DNA from: an uncultured Bacilli bacterium | Lineage (GTDB): Bacteria > Bacillota_I > Bacilli_A > RF39 > UBA660 | DNA: 46,703 bases | Direction: 5' to 3' | Assembly (NCBI GenBank): GCA_944363935.1 | Contig: CALVVT010000044.1 | Coordinates: forward strand, 1-46,703 | Shown: positions 29,193-39,149 of the stretch, piece by piece | Numbering within the stretch: position 1 is the stretch's first letter | Layout: each line of letters opens with the position of its first letter | Notes under the pieces: generated by a model | Databases searched by the model: none | Told to the model about the DNA's origin: nothing | The model's input: only the letters and a program-made list of their open reading frames with translations | Program-made: the position numbers and the translations under genes

Positions 29193-30317
29193 ATGCATGA
29201 AAAAGTTATTTTACCTTTAAAAAGTAATGAACCTTTATTTTATAACAAAGATAAATTAGAAGCTTTAAAAGAAGAATTAGAAGAATTTTTAAGTGATAAA
29301 TCAAATAGTTATATGAATAATAAAGATTTTGCAAAAAAATTTATGGGTATTCAAGAAATCCAATCAAACAATAGTGTTGAAGGTTATAATGACGATGTTA
29401 AAAAAATTATTAGCGTAACTTCTAAAGAAAAAAACAGTGCCAAAGGTGAGCACATCATAACTAATTTATATAATGGTTATAACATGATATTAGGTAATCC
29501 AGAAATTAATAAAGAAAATTTAAAAAAATTATATGATATTCTATCTGAAGGTTTACTATCAGCTGACGATAAAAACAATATGGGAAATTATTATCGAATG
29601 GCGCCAGTATATATTTATTTTTCAAGAGTAATGTGGGCTAAACCCGATGAAGGAGTTCCTTATGAACTTATTAATGAGTATATGGAGTCTTTATTTTCTT
29701 ATTTAAATGATAATTCTTCTTCTTTAAGTGCTACTGATAATTTTATAAAATCACAAATCGCCCATTATTATTTTGTTTATGTTCACCCTTATTTTGATGT
29801 TAATGGCCGAACAAGTAGAACAGTTAGTATGTGGCATTTGTTAAATAATAAGGCATATCCTTATATTATATTTAATAGAGCTATTCCGCTTACTTTAAAA
29901 ACTTATTATAAAATAATTAGAGAAGTTAAACTATTTAATAATGCTACCTTTTTCTTAAATTATATGCTTGGTAATGTAAAGTTAGAATTAGAAAAAGAAA
30001 GCGTTATTTCGTCAATAGAAGAAAGCATTAAAGGAAGTATTACGCCAAGTGAATATCAAACTTTACTTTATATTCTTTCCTTAAATGGCCTTAAAACTTG
30101 TAAAGATTTTGCTAGTTTCTATAATAGAATTAATGAAAAAACTCCAGTGACAACAATTAGAGACGAAATGTTAATGCCACTTATCGATAAAAATGTTTTA
30201 AAAGTTGTAAGAAAAACAGATAGTCATTTAAATGATGGAACAAGTAACTTTGTTTTTGATTTAAATAGAGATTTTATCGATAATGATCCAGTTAAAATAA
30301 AAAGATTAAAAATATAA
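29193..30317 (+). CDS. Fic family protein
   Basis: HPYFDVNGRTSR; N-terminal SNNSVEG. Confidence 0.9.
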   Translation: MHEKVILPLKSNEPLFYNKDKLEALKEELEEFLSDKSNSYMNNKDFAKKFMGIQEIQSNNSVEGYNDDVKKIISVTSKEKNSAKGEHIITNLYNGYNMILGNPEINKENLKKLYDILSEGLLSADDKNNMGNYYRMAPVYIYFSRVMWAKPDEGVPYELINEYMESLFSYLNDNSSSLSATDNFIKSQIAHYYFVYVHPYFDVNGRTSRTVSMWHLLNNKAYPYIIFNRAIPLTLKTYYKIIREVKLFNNATFFLNYMLGNVKLELEKESVISSIEESIKGSITPSEYQTLLYILSLNGLKTCKDFASFYNRINEKTPVTTIRDEMLMPLIDKNVLKVVRKTDSHLNDGTSNFVFDLNRDFIDNDPVKIKRLKI

Positions 30318-30319
30318 AA

Positions 30320-30347
30320 AAATAGACTCTTTTTGAAGTCTATTTTT
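30320..30347. terminator. Bidirectional terminator between the Fic gene and rpmB
   Basis: AAATAGACT...AGTCTATTT flanked by A and T runs. Confidence 0.7.
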
Positions 30348-30516
30348 AAGCAGCTTTTTTATTTAAAGTTCTTATTTCACGTGCACTCATTTTAACTTTT
30401 TTACCATCGATAGTAACAGTTTGTAAATTTAATTTATATTGATGTTTAGTAGCATTAAGCGCATGTGAACGACGATTACCGGATAAAGGTTTTCTATTTG
30501 TAACTTTTTTTGCCAT
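30346..30516 (-). CDS. rpmB: 50S ribosomal protein L28 (56 aa, Cys-free; not in the ORF track)
   Basis: [32 protein letters not shown]...; AAGGAGG SD. Confidence 0.95.
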   Translation of the reverse strand: MAKKVTNRKPLSGNRRSHALNATKHQYKLNLQTVTIDGKKVKMSAREIRTLNKKAA

Positions 30517-30656
30517 TTGTATCCCTCCTTTAAAATTTCCTTTGCTTTATAACTTTATCATATTAACGCGAAAAAGTCAAATATTTACTACAAAATTATA
30601 TGTTTAAAAGTTTAAAAAAATCAAAAAATATAGTAAAATGGTAATGGGTGAGAATA

Positions 30657-33500
30657 ATGACTTACGTTCCTTTAAATATAAAAACGGATAATTATTTACT
30701 TAAAAGCATGATAAAAATAGACGATTTAATTAGTTTCGCATTAAAAAATAAAATAAATACTTTAACTATTACTGATAATAATCTTTATGGAGCTATAGAA
30801 TTTTATAAGAAATGTCTTAAAAACAACATTAAACCAATAATTGGTTTAGAAGTAAGTATCCCCGAAACTATAATTTTATATGCGCGAAATTATCAAGGTT
30901 ATCAAAACTTAATGAAATTATCTACTTTAATTAGTGAAAAAGACCTTGGAATAAATGATTTAATTAATTATGCTGATAATTTAGTTTGCATTACACCTTA
31001 TAATAGTTTAACTAGATATAATGAATTAAAGAAAATATTTCCTTATATCTTTATTAGTTATCAAAATGAAGAAGAAAAAAATAAAATAAAAGATAATAAT
31101 AAAGTATACATGCATGAAATTCGTTGTTTAACTAAAGAAGACGAAAAGTATTTAGATGTTTTAGTTCAAATAGGTGATAGTAAAATAGATGTAAAAAATA
31201 CAAGTTTAATGCCTTTACCTACTGAAAATAATGAAAATAATCAACTAATAAGTGACTTATGTGATGTAAAATTATTATTCTATCAAGATTTACTGCCCAA
31301 GTTTAGTGAAGATAGTTATAATTTATTAAAACAAGAATGTATGAAGGGAATGCGCAAAATATTTGGTTCTTCAGCTTCAAGAATGTATATTGATAGATTA
31401 AAATATGAACTTGAAGTTATTAATAAAATGGGTTATTGTGATTACTTTTTAGTTGTAGCTGATTATATTAATTATGCTAAAACAAATAATATATTAGTTG
31501 GTCCAGGTAGGGGAAGTGCTGCGGGGTCTTTAGTTTCTTATGTTTTAGGAATAACAACCATAAATCCTTTAAAATATAATTTACTATTTGAAAGATTTTT
31601 AAATCCTGAAAGAGTAACTATGCCCGATATCGATGTTGACTTTGAAGATACTAGACGGTCTGAAGTAATTAATTATTGTATTGAAAAATATGGAGAAAAG
31701 AAAGTAGTTCCAATTATTACTTTCGGAACTCTTGGACCTAAACAAGCTATTCGTGATGTAGCTAGAGTATTAGATGTTTCTCTAAAATTAACTGATAATT
31801 TGTGCAGGAAAATAAATGCTGGAATTAGTTTAAAAGATAATTATAAAAATATCGAAACATTGTTAACTAATCCTATATTAAAAGAAGTTTACGAAATAGC
31901 TTTAAAATTAGAAGGTGTAAAAAGACATACTTCGCTTCATGCGGCAGGAATTATTATGTCAAAATACGATTTAGACGATTATATTCCGCTTGATAAAAGT
32001 CATGGAGATTTCTATCGTTCTGGTTATTCGATGGAATATTTAGAAGAACTAGGACTATTAAAAATGGACTTTTTAGGTCTTAAAAATTTAAGTTTAATTG
32101 CGGGAATTTTAAAAGATGTAAACTTAAAGTTTGACGAGATTCCCGAAGACGATAAAAAAGCTTTACAAATATTTACAAATGTTAAAACTATTGGTATTTT
32201 TCAGTTTGAATCGGCGGGAATGAAAAGCTTTTTAACTAGATTTAAACCTGAAACTTTTGAAGAAATAGTATCAGCTTTGTCTTTGTTTAGACCTGGGCCT
32301 ATGAAAAATATTGATCTTTATATTGCTAGACGTAATGGTAAAAAAGATGTTGATTATATGCATCCTGATTTAGAAAAAATATTAAAACCGACTTATGGAA
32401 TTATCATTTATCAAGAACAAATAATGCAAATAGTAAGTCTTATGGCTGGTTTTAGTTATGGTCAGGCTGATATTTTAAGAAGAGCCATGAGTAAGAAGAA
32501 AGAAGAAATATTAAAAGCCAAAAGAGATTCTTTTATTAAAGGTAGTGTTAAGAATGGTTATTCAGAAAAATTAGCTAATGATATTTACGATTTAATCTTT
32601 CGCTTCGCAGATTATGGTTTTAACCGTTCGCATGCTGTTTCTTATGCAATGATATCTTATCGGATGGCTTATTTAAAAGCTCATTATCCCGAAGTATTTA
32701 TGAAACATTTATTAACTAATGTTCAAGGTAGTGAACAAAAAACTAAAGAATATTTAGACGAATGTCGAAGCCTTGGGCTTGTAGTTAAAAGACCAGATAT
32801 TAATATCAGTACCAAAGAATATTTAATCAAAGATAAAAGAATTGTATTGCCCCTTACCACTATAAAATCAATTGGAAGTGTTGTTGCCGGCGAAATTATA
32901 AAAAAAAGAGGAAATGTGCCTTTCAAAGACATTTTTGATTTTACTAAAAGATGTGATATTGGAATCAAGAGTTTAGAAACTTTAATTTTAGCTGGTTGTT
33001 TTGATAATTTAGGATTTAACCGAAAAACTTTAATAAATAATTTAGAAGCTATTAATAATTATGCTGATGTTGGAGCTTTACTTGAAGACGATGTTTTTAA
33101 GCCAGAACTCGATTTAACTAAAGATTATACAGATATCGAAAAAACTAAACTTGATTTAGACTTATTTGGTTTTTGTGTTAATACTAGTCCAGTACTTCAG
33201 TATAAAAAAAGATTTTCTAAAATTAGTGGTTTAAATACAGTTCCAGAACATTTTGATAAAAGTATTGAAGTAGTTGGTCAAGTTACAAAATTAAGAATTA
33301 TTAAAACTAAAACAAATGAAGAAATGGCTTTTGCCGAAATTACTGACGAATTGGCTAAAGCTGAAGTTGTTGTTTTCCCGCAAATATATAAGAGAATAAA
33401 ACCTTTAAATAAAAATGATCTTGTTTATATTGTCGGTAAAGTAAAAAAAAGATTTGCTAATTATCAAATAGAAGCAAATGCTTTTCAAAAATTAGATTGA
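30657..33500 (+). CDS. dnaE: DNA polymerase III alpha subunit (DnaE)
   Basis: PHP N-terminus, GPGRGSAAGS, MPDIDVDF, LLKMDFLGL, YGFNRSH, OB-fold C-terminus. Confidence 0.96.
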   Translation: MTYVPLNIKTDNYLLKSMIKIDDLISFALKNKINTLTITDNNLYGAIEFYKKCLKNNIKPIIGLEVSIPETIILYARNYQGYQNLMKLSTLISEKDLGINDLINYADNLVCITPYNSLTRYNELKKIFPYIFISYQNEEEKNKIKDNNKVYMHEIRCLTKEDEKYLDVLVQIGDSKIDVKNTSLMPLPTENNENNQLISDLCDVKLLFYQDLLPKFSEDSYNLLKQECMKGMRKIFGSSASRMYIDRLKYELEVINKMGYCDYFLVVADYINYAKTNNILVGPGRGSAAGSLVSYVLGITTINPLKYNLLFERFLNPERVTMPDIDVDFEDTRRSEVINYCIEKYGEKKVVPIITFGTLGPKQAIRDVARVLDVSLKLTDNLCRKINAGISLKDNYKNIETLLTNPILKEVYEIALKLEGVKRHTSLHAAGIIMSKYDLDDYIPLDKSHGDFYRSGYSMEYLEELGLLKMDFLGLKNLSLIAGILKDVNLKFDEIPEDDKKALQIFTNVKTIGIFQFESAGMKSFLTRFKPETFEEIVSALSLFRPGPMKNIDLYIARRNGKKDVDYMHPDLEKILKPTYGIIIYQEQIMQIVSLMAGFSYGQADILRRAMSKKKEEILKAKRDSFIKGSVKNGYSEKLANDIYDLIFRFADYGFNRSHAVSYAMISYRMAYLKAHYPEVFMKHLLTNVQGSEQKTKEYLDECRSLGLVVKRPDINISTKEYLIKDKRIVLPLTTIKSIGSVVAGEIIKKRGNVPFKDIFDFTKRCDIGIKSLETLILAGCFDNLGFNRKTLINNLEAINNYADVGALLEDDVFKPELDLTKDYTDIEKTKLDLDLFGFCVNTSPVLQYKKRFSKISGLNTVPEHFDKSIEVVGQVTKLRIIKTKTNEEMAFAEITDELAKAEVVVFPQIYKRIKPLNKNDLVYIVGKVKKRFANYQIEANAFQKLD

Positions 33501-33542
33501 TATAAAGTTTAAAATATGTTATGATTATACTAGGTGATAAGA

Positions 33543-34244
33543 ATGAAAAGTGAACGGGCAAGAGTAAGTATGATTTATGTTTTAACAGGGGTTATTTTAT
33601 TATTAGTTGTTTATTTACTTTTATTTACTTATAAAACTTTAAATCCAGAAGAAAAAGAAGAAACGAAAAAAAATGTGGTTAAAATGCCAGAAGTAGCTGC
33701 TAGTTGTACTTTTGACATGACAGCATCTACTTTTGATAGCCTTGAAAATCAAGAAAATTTATGTAGTTCTTTAAATAGAATAAATATTTCTGGTGTTGAA
33801 GTTCAAAATAAAAAAATGAACATTATTGTTTTTTACCGGCCAGGTATTAGTAGTAAAAATACTGGTGTTTATATTAATGATAATAAAATAACTAATATTG
33901 CTAATGAAAATGTTAAGTATAATTTTATCTCAAAAAATGATCATTTATTTATGACAACTATTACTAATGATAGAGTTAATATTGTTGCTTACAGTAAAGA
34001 TGTTATGCCTTCTTATAATCTAGAGCAAACACTTAATAATTTACAAATAGAAGACATTGTATTAAATACTGTTTTAAGCACTAGTAATATCGATGGTAAT
34101 AGTATTCAAATAACTGACGAAGCTATTAGTTTTAATAGTACATCTAAAACTTGTACGAATAATGTAAGTGGTGTTAATTACAATATTAAGTTTACCGATA
34201 ATACATTTGAAAATCCAGTAGCTATAGCTAATGTAGCATGCTAA
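33543..34244 (+). CDS. Hypothetical membrane-anchored extracellular protein
   Basis: N-terminal TM, four Cys, AGGTGA SD. Confidence 0.7.
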   Translation: MKSERARVSMIYVLTGVILLLVVYLLLFTYKTLNPEEKEETKKNVVKMPEVAASCTFDMTASTFDSLENQENLCSSLNRINISGVEVQNKKMNIIVFYRPGISSKNTGVYINDNKITNIANENVKYNFISKNDHLFMTTITNDRVNIVAYSKDVMPSYNLEQTLNNLQIEDIVLNTVLSTSNIDGNSIQITDEAISFNSTSKTCTNNVSGVNYNIKFTDNTFENPVAIANVAC

Positions 34245-34266
34245 AAAGTTGTGAAAATCACAACTT

Positions 34267-34467
34267 TTATTTTAGACTTTTTTCTAAAGTTTCTAGTATT
34301 TCATTTTGTAAATTACTATTTTGCCATAATATTTCAAAGAAAACGCCAAACCCTGGTAAAGCTAGTTCTTCTTTGTCGTTAATATTTCCTTCAATTGATG
34401 CTTTTAATTCATTAATATTTGTATTTTTAAAATTACTTTTAATATGATTTCTAATACTTATATTCAT
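34267..34467 (-). CDS. sspI: Small acid-soluble spore protein SspI
   Basis: EELALPGFGVFFEILW signature; GAAAGGA SD. Confidence 0.88.
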   Translation of the reverse strand: MNISIRNHIKSNFKNTNINELKASIEGNINDKEELALPGFGVFFEILWQNSNLQNEILETLEKSLK

Positions 34468-34566
34468 ATTACCATCCTTTCATTATTATAATTACCGATA
34501 AGTAAAAAAATATACTATATTTTTCTTCAAAAATAGTGTATAATTAAAATAGATAGGAGGAAAAGA

Positions 34567-35118
34567 ATGATAGCATTAATTATTATTGGTGTTATAGTAT
34601 TAATATTAGTTATTTATGTTATCGCAACTTACAATGGACTAGTAAACTTTAAAAATAGAGTTCAAGATAGTTGGGCTGGAATTGAAGTTCTTTTAAAAAG
34701 AAGAAACGATTTAATTCCTAATTTAGTTGAAACAGTAAAAGGTTATGCTGGTCATGAAAAAAGTACTTTAGATGCCGTTATTACAGCTCGTAATAATGCC
34801 GTTAATGCTAAAGGAAAAGAAGAAGAAATGAAAACTTCTAATATGCTTACTGATGCTTTAGGAAATTTATTTGCTCTAGCAGAAAATTATCCTGATTTAA
34901 AAGCTAATACTAACTTTTTAGATTTACAAAATAATTTAAGAACAACTGAAGATGGAATCGCATCTTCTAGACAAGCTTATAATGATACCGTGTTAGCTTA
35001 TAAAAATAAATTAGAAATGTTTCCATCTAATATAGTTGCTAGTATATTTAACTTTAAACCAGAAGCTTTCTTTGAAGCTGAAGAAACTGAAAAAGAAACA
35101 CCAAAAGTTAGTTTTTAA
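34567..35118 (+). CDS. lemA: LemA family protein
   Basis: RRNDLIPNLVETVKGYAGHE, AENYPDLKA, FPSNIVA. Confidence 0.95.
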   Translation: MIALIIIGVIVLILVIYVIATYNGLVNFKNRVQDSWAGIEVLLKRRNDLIPNLVETVKGYAGHEKSTLDAVITARNNAVNAKGKEEEMKTSNMLTDALGNLFALAENYPDLKANTNFLDLQNNLRTTEDGIASSRQAYNDTVLAYKNKLEMFPSNIVASIFNFKPEAFFEAEETEKETPKVSF

Positions 35119-35120
35119 AG

Positions 35121-35146
35121 GTCATTTATTTGACTTTTTTTCTTTA
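35121..35146 (+). repeat. 26-bp direct repeat, left copy (terminator hairpin and -35 TTGACT)
   Basis: GTCATTTATTTGACTTTTTTTCTTTA, identical to 36331-36356. Confidence 0.9.
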
Positions 35147-35177
35147 AGTAAATATAATTAAGTTAGAGGAGGACTAT

Positions 35178-35414
35178 ATGGAAAAGAAAGAATTATATGA
35201 TCATAGTATAAAATATGATACTTCACATTTACCTAAATTTTTACAAGAGGAAATAAAATTATTAGAAACTTATGATAAAAATAACGATTTTATAAATTAT
35301 GATGCTCTTTCTTCAGCTATGGAAGGTCATTTAAAAAATTATTTGCTTAATAAAAGAATAACTGAAAGAGATTTTAAAATTATGATGCGAAAATATGGGG
35401 GGTATGTTGATTGA
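35178..35414 (+). CDS. Small hypothetical protein coupled to the HipA-like kinase (candidate antitoxin)
   Basis: GGAGG SD; TTGA stop/start overlap with the kinase. Confidence 0.7.
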   Translation: MEKKELYDHSIKYDTSHLPKFLQEEIKLLETYDKNNDFINYDALSSAMEGHLKNYLLNKRITERDFKIMMRKYGGYVD

Positions 35415-36331
35415 TAAATATAGATAATTTTGAAAAATATCCGGCTAGCGGATTAAGTTATGGTGGCCATGGGGGAAGTAAAAAAGGAATAATAATTGAT
35501 GGTGAAAAATGGTTTTTAAAGTATCCCAAGTCTACTAAAAGTATGGAGGTTAAAGGTATTTCTTATACTACAACGCCTTTATCAGAATATTTGGGTTCTA
35601 ATATATATGATTTAATTGGAATTCCTGCTCATGAAACTAGACTTGGCGTATATGATAATAAGTTAGTTGTTGCCTGTAAAGACTTTTTAAAAAACGATGA
35701 GATAATTTTAGATTACAACATGATAAAAAATAATTATGACGAAAAATTAGAACTTACTTTATCCTCATCATTTATATCAGATAATGATATTGACGAGCTT
35801 TGTATGATTATGGATAATAATATATATTTTAAAGAAAATCCTCTTTTAAAAGAAAGGTTTTGGGATATGTTTGTCATTGATGCTTTAATCAGCAATAATG
35901 ATCGTAACGAAGGAAATTGGGGACTTATATTTAATAGAAGAACAGGAAATACTAGATTAGCTTTAGTATTTGATAATGGAGCTGCTTTTTATAATAAAAC
36001 AGGTAGAGAAAAATTTGAAGAATATTTAATTAATGATTTTAAATTTATGCAGGTAGCTTATGATAGTTCTATTTCTATATTTTCTCAAAATGAAAAAACA
36101 ATTAATCCTTTAAAATATATTGAAAGTATGAAAAACAATGATTGTAATGAAGCTATAAAAAGAATTGTTCCTAGAATAAATCTTCAAAAAATAGAAAAAT
36201 TTTTTGAAGATATTCCTGAAGAATATCAAGGAATAATAGTTATGTCTAAAAATCAAAAAGAATTTTATTTAAAGGTTTTGAAATATCGCTATGATAATAT
36301 TTTAAAATCTGTTTACAATAAATTAAATTAG
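35411..36331 (+). CDS. HipA/CtkA-like kinase
   Basis: YGGHGGSK Gly loop, LKYPK, SEYLGS, DALISNNDRNEGNWG, VFDNG. Confidence 0.85.
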   Translation: MINIDNFEKYPASGLSYGGHGGSKKGIIIDGEKWFLKYPKSTKSMEVKGISYTTTPLSEYLGSNIYDLIGIPAHETRLGVYDNKLVVACKDFLKNDEIILDYNMIKNNYDEKLELTLSSSFISDNDIDELCMIMDNNIYFKENPLLKERFWDMFVIDALISNNDRNEGNWGLIFNRRTGNTRLALVFDNGAAFYNKTGREKFEEYLINDFKFMQVAYDSSISIFSQNEKTINPLKYIESMKNNDCNEAIKRIVPRINLQKIEKFFEDIPEEYQGIIVMSKNQKEFYLKVLKYRYDNILKSVYNKLN

Positions 36332-36356
36332 TCATTTATTTGACTTTTTTTCTTTA
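36331..36356 (+). repeat. 26-bp direct repeat, right copy
   Basis: Identical to 35121-35146. Confidence 0.9.
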
Positions 36357-36384
36357 TCTGGTATGATTATAAAAGGTGATTATT

Positions 36385-37356
36385 ATGCAGTGGAAAATTG
36401 GCGATGTTGAAATAAAAAATAGAGTTGTTCTTGCTCCTATGGCTAGTATTTCTAATAGTGCTTTTAGAAAAATAGCTAAAGAAATGGGAGCTGGTCTTGT
36501 AGTTGCTGAAATGGTTAGTGATAAAGCTATATATTATAATAGTCAAAAAACACTTGATATGCTTTATATGACTGACGAAGAAAGGCCTATATCCCAGCAA
36601 ATATTTGGAGCAGATAAAGATACTTTTGTTTATGCAGCTAAATATATTTATGAACATATGCATCCTGACATTATCGATATCAATATGGGTTGTCCTGTTC
36701 CTAAAGTTGCTTTAAGAGCTCAGGCAGGTAGTGCTTTACTTAAAAATCCTGATAAAATATATGAAATAGTCAAAGCAGTTGTTCAAAGTGTTCCTATCCC
36801 TGTAACTGTAAAAATTAGAAGTGGTTGGGATAATAATAGTATAAATGCTAAAGAAGTAGCTAAAATATGTGAAAAAGCTGGCGCTAAAGCCATTACAATA
36901 CATGGAAGAACTAGAAGTCAAGGATATAGCGGTAAAGTTAATCTAGATGTTATTAAGGAAGTTAAAGAAAGTGTAAATATTCCTGTAATTGGTAATGGAG
37001 ATATTAAAACTCCGGAAGATGCCAAAAAAATGCTTGATTATACAGGTTGTGACGCTATTATGATAGGTAGAGGTGTTTTAGGTAATCCTTTTTTAATTAG
37101 AAATACTATTAATTATTTAGATGGTAAGGAAATAATTCCTGTTACTAATATTGATAAAATAAATATGCTTATTAAACATTTTAATTATTTACTAGAAATC
37201 AAGTCTGAAAAAACCGCACTTTTAGAAATGAGAACAATAGCTAGTTATTATTTAAAAGGTCTTCCAGCTAGTAGTTTAGTTAAAGAAAAAATTTTTAAAT
37301 GTCAAACCAAAGAAGAGTTTTTGGAGCTTATTCAAACCTATTTTCAAAGTCTTTAG
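36385..37356 (+). CDS. dusB: tRNA-dihydrouridine synthase
   Basis: LAPMA, IDINMGCP, VTVKIRSG, IHGRT, NGDI, MIGRG. Confidence 0.95.
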   Translation: MQWKIGDVEIKNRVVLAPMASISNSAFRKIAKEMGAGLVVAEMVSDKAIYYNSQKTLDMLYMTDEERPISQQIFGADKDTFVYAAKYIYEHMHPDIIDINMGCPVPKVALRAQAGSALLKNPDKIYEIVKAVVQSVPIPVTVKIRSGWDNNSINAKEVAKICEKAGAKAITIHGRTRSQGYSGKVNLDVIKEVKESVNIPVIGNGDIKTPEDAKKMLDYTGCDAIMIGRGVLGNPFLIRNTINYLDGKEIIPVTNIDKINMLIKHFNYLLEIKSEKTALLEMRTIASYYLKGLPASSLVKEKIFKCQTKEEFLELIQTYFQSL

Positions 37357-37415
37357 TTCTTGACCTCATATTATATGTGGGGTATAATTAAATAAGAAAG
37401 TAAGGCAGGTGAAAA

Positions 37416-37946
37416 ATGGTTTTATATCTTATTAGACATGGAGAAACAGCTTGGAATAAACAAGGATTACTTCAAGGACAGTCTAATATTTCTTTAAATA
37501 ATGAAGGGAAAAAAGAAGCTTTAAAATTAAAAGAATATTTTCAAGATAAAGAAGTTAATGTTTGTTTATCAAGTCCTTTAAATAGAGCTTATGAAACTGC
37601 TAAAATTATTTTCCCCAATCTAGAAATAATTAAAGACGATTTATTAATTGAAAGATATTTAGGTGACTTTGAAGGTAAAAGTCATAAAGAGTATCATTTC
37701 TATGATTTTTGGGATTATCAAGCTAATAATCAAGATGGAAATGTTGAAAGTGTTCGGCATTTACTTAAAAGAAGTGAAATGTTTTTAAATAAAATAAAAG
37801 AAAAATACTCTAATCAAACGGTAGCTATTGTTTCTCACGGAGCCTTTTTAAAAGCTTTACATTATTCAATAATTGGTTATAATGAAAATACTGATTTTAG
37901 TAAATTTTCCTTAAATAACTGTGAGTTTAATAAATACGAATTATAG
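37416..37946 (+). CDS. Histidine phosphatase family protein
   Basis: LIRHGET, SSPLNRA, VSHG. Confidence 0.92.
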   Translation: MVLYLIRHGETAWNKQGLLQGQSNISLNNEGKKEALKLKEYFQDKEVNVCLSSPLNRAYETAKIIFPNLEIIKDDLLIERYLGDFEGKSHKEYHFYDFWDYQANNQDGNVESVRHLLKRSEMFLNKIKEKYSNQTVAIVSHGAFLKALHYSIIGYNENTDFSKFSLNNCEFNKYEL

Positions 37947-37955
37947 GAGGTGTTT

Positions 37956-39149
37956 ATGAAGGTACTATCAATTAATGCAGGCAGTTCGTCTCTTAAATTT
38001 AAACTATATGAAATGCCGGAAGAGAAGGTTTTAATCGAAGGTTATGTTCAAAAAATAGGTAGTGATGGACTAATTGAAATGACAATTAATGGTGAAAATA
38101 TAAGCTATGAAATTGATGTTAAAAATCACGAAGAAGCGGCAAGTTTTTTAATTGATGCTTTAGTTAGATATAATGTTATTGATGCATTAGACGAAATATC
38201 AGTTATTGGTCATCGAATTGTTCATGGTGGGGGTAAATATCTACCACAAATAATTTATCGTAATGATTTAACGAGATTAGAAAAATTAACTTATTTATCA
38301 CCAGTCCATATGAAAGCTAATATTGCCGGAATAAAAGCTTTTATGAAAATTTTACCTGATGCGAAAGAAGTTGTAGTTTACGATACTGCTTTCCACCATA
38401 CAATTCCTAGAGAAAATTATTTATATCCTGTTCCTTTAGAATGGTATGAAAAATATGGAATTAGAAAATTTGGTTTTCATGGTATCAGTTGTAATTATAT
38501 AACTATGGAAATGGAAAAACATTTTGGAAAAAAAGTTAATTTAATTATATGTCATATTGGAGCTGGCGCTAGTGTAACAGCTGTTAAAAAAAGTCGTTCT
38601 TATAATAATTCTATGGGATTTACGCCTAATGCTGGTTTAATGATGGCAACTCGTAGTGGAGATATTGATTATACAATTTTACCTTTTTTATCCCAAGTAA
38701 CAGGTATGAGTTTAGACGAGCTTAACGATGCTTTAAATAATAAAAGTGGATTAGAAGGTTTTGTTCCAGGATTAAGTGATAATAGGGACTTAATGAAAGC
38801 TATTAAAAATGGTAATGAGTTAGCTATTTTAGCTAATAAAATGTATATTAATAGAATTGTTAGTTATATAGCTTCTTATTATATGCAGTTAAAAACAGTT
38901 GACGCGATTATTTTATGTGGCGGAGTTGGTGAAAATGCTTTAAGGTTCAGAACAGATTTACTTGAAGCTTTAAAACCACTTGGTATAAGTATTGACGAAC
39001 AAAAAAATGAAAAAATTCATAAATTAAAAGATTTACAATTTGGGGTTATTACTAATAGATTCTCAAAAATTCCTTGTTATGTTGTACCAACTGACGAAGA
39101 AGTTATGATTGCTAGAGAGGCTTATAAACAAGTAGAAGGTGTAGTATAA
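37956..39149 (+). CDS. ackA: Acetate kinase
   Basis: INAGSSSLKF, GHRIVHGG, DTAFH, GFHGIS, GGVGEN, PTDEE. Confidence 0.95.
   Translation: MKVLSINAGSSSLKFKLYEMPEEKVLIEGYVQKIGSDGLIEMTINGENISYEIDVKNHEEAASFLIDALVRYNVIDALDEISVIGHRIVHGGGKYLPQIIYRNDLTRLEKLTYLSPVHMKANIAGIKAFMKILPDAKEVVVYDTAFHHTIPRENYLYPVPLEWYEKYGIRKFGFHGISCNYITMEMEKHFGKKVNLIICHIGAGASVTAVKKSRSYNNSMGFTPNAGLMMATRSGDIDYTILPFLSQVTGMSLDELNDALNNKSGLEGFVPGLSDNRDLMKAIKNGNELAILANKMYINRIVSYIASYYMQLKTVDAIILCGGVGENALRFRTDLLEALKPLGISIDEQKNEKIHKLKDLQFGVITNRFSKIPCYVVPTDEEVMIAREAYKQVEGVV

Noticed and set aside
16400-33500. Mollicute genetic code 4 (TGA = Trp)
   Set aside because: tex, the response regulator and dnaE end at TGA at their expected C-termini, and long genes are uninterrupted under code 11
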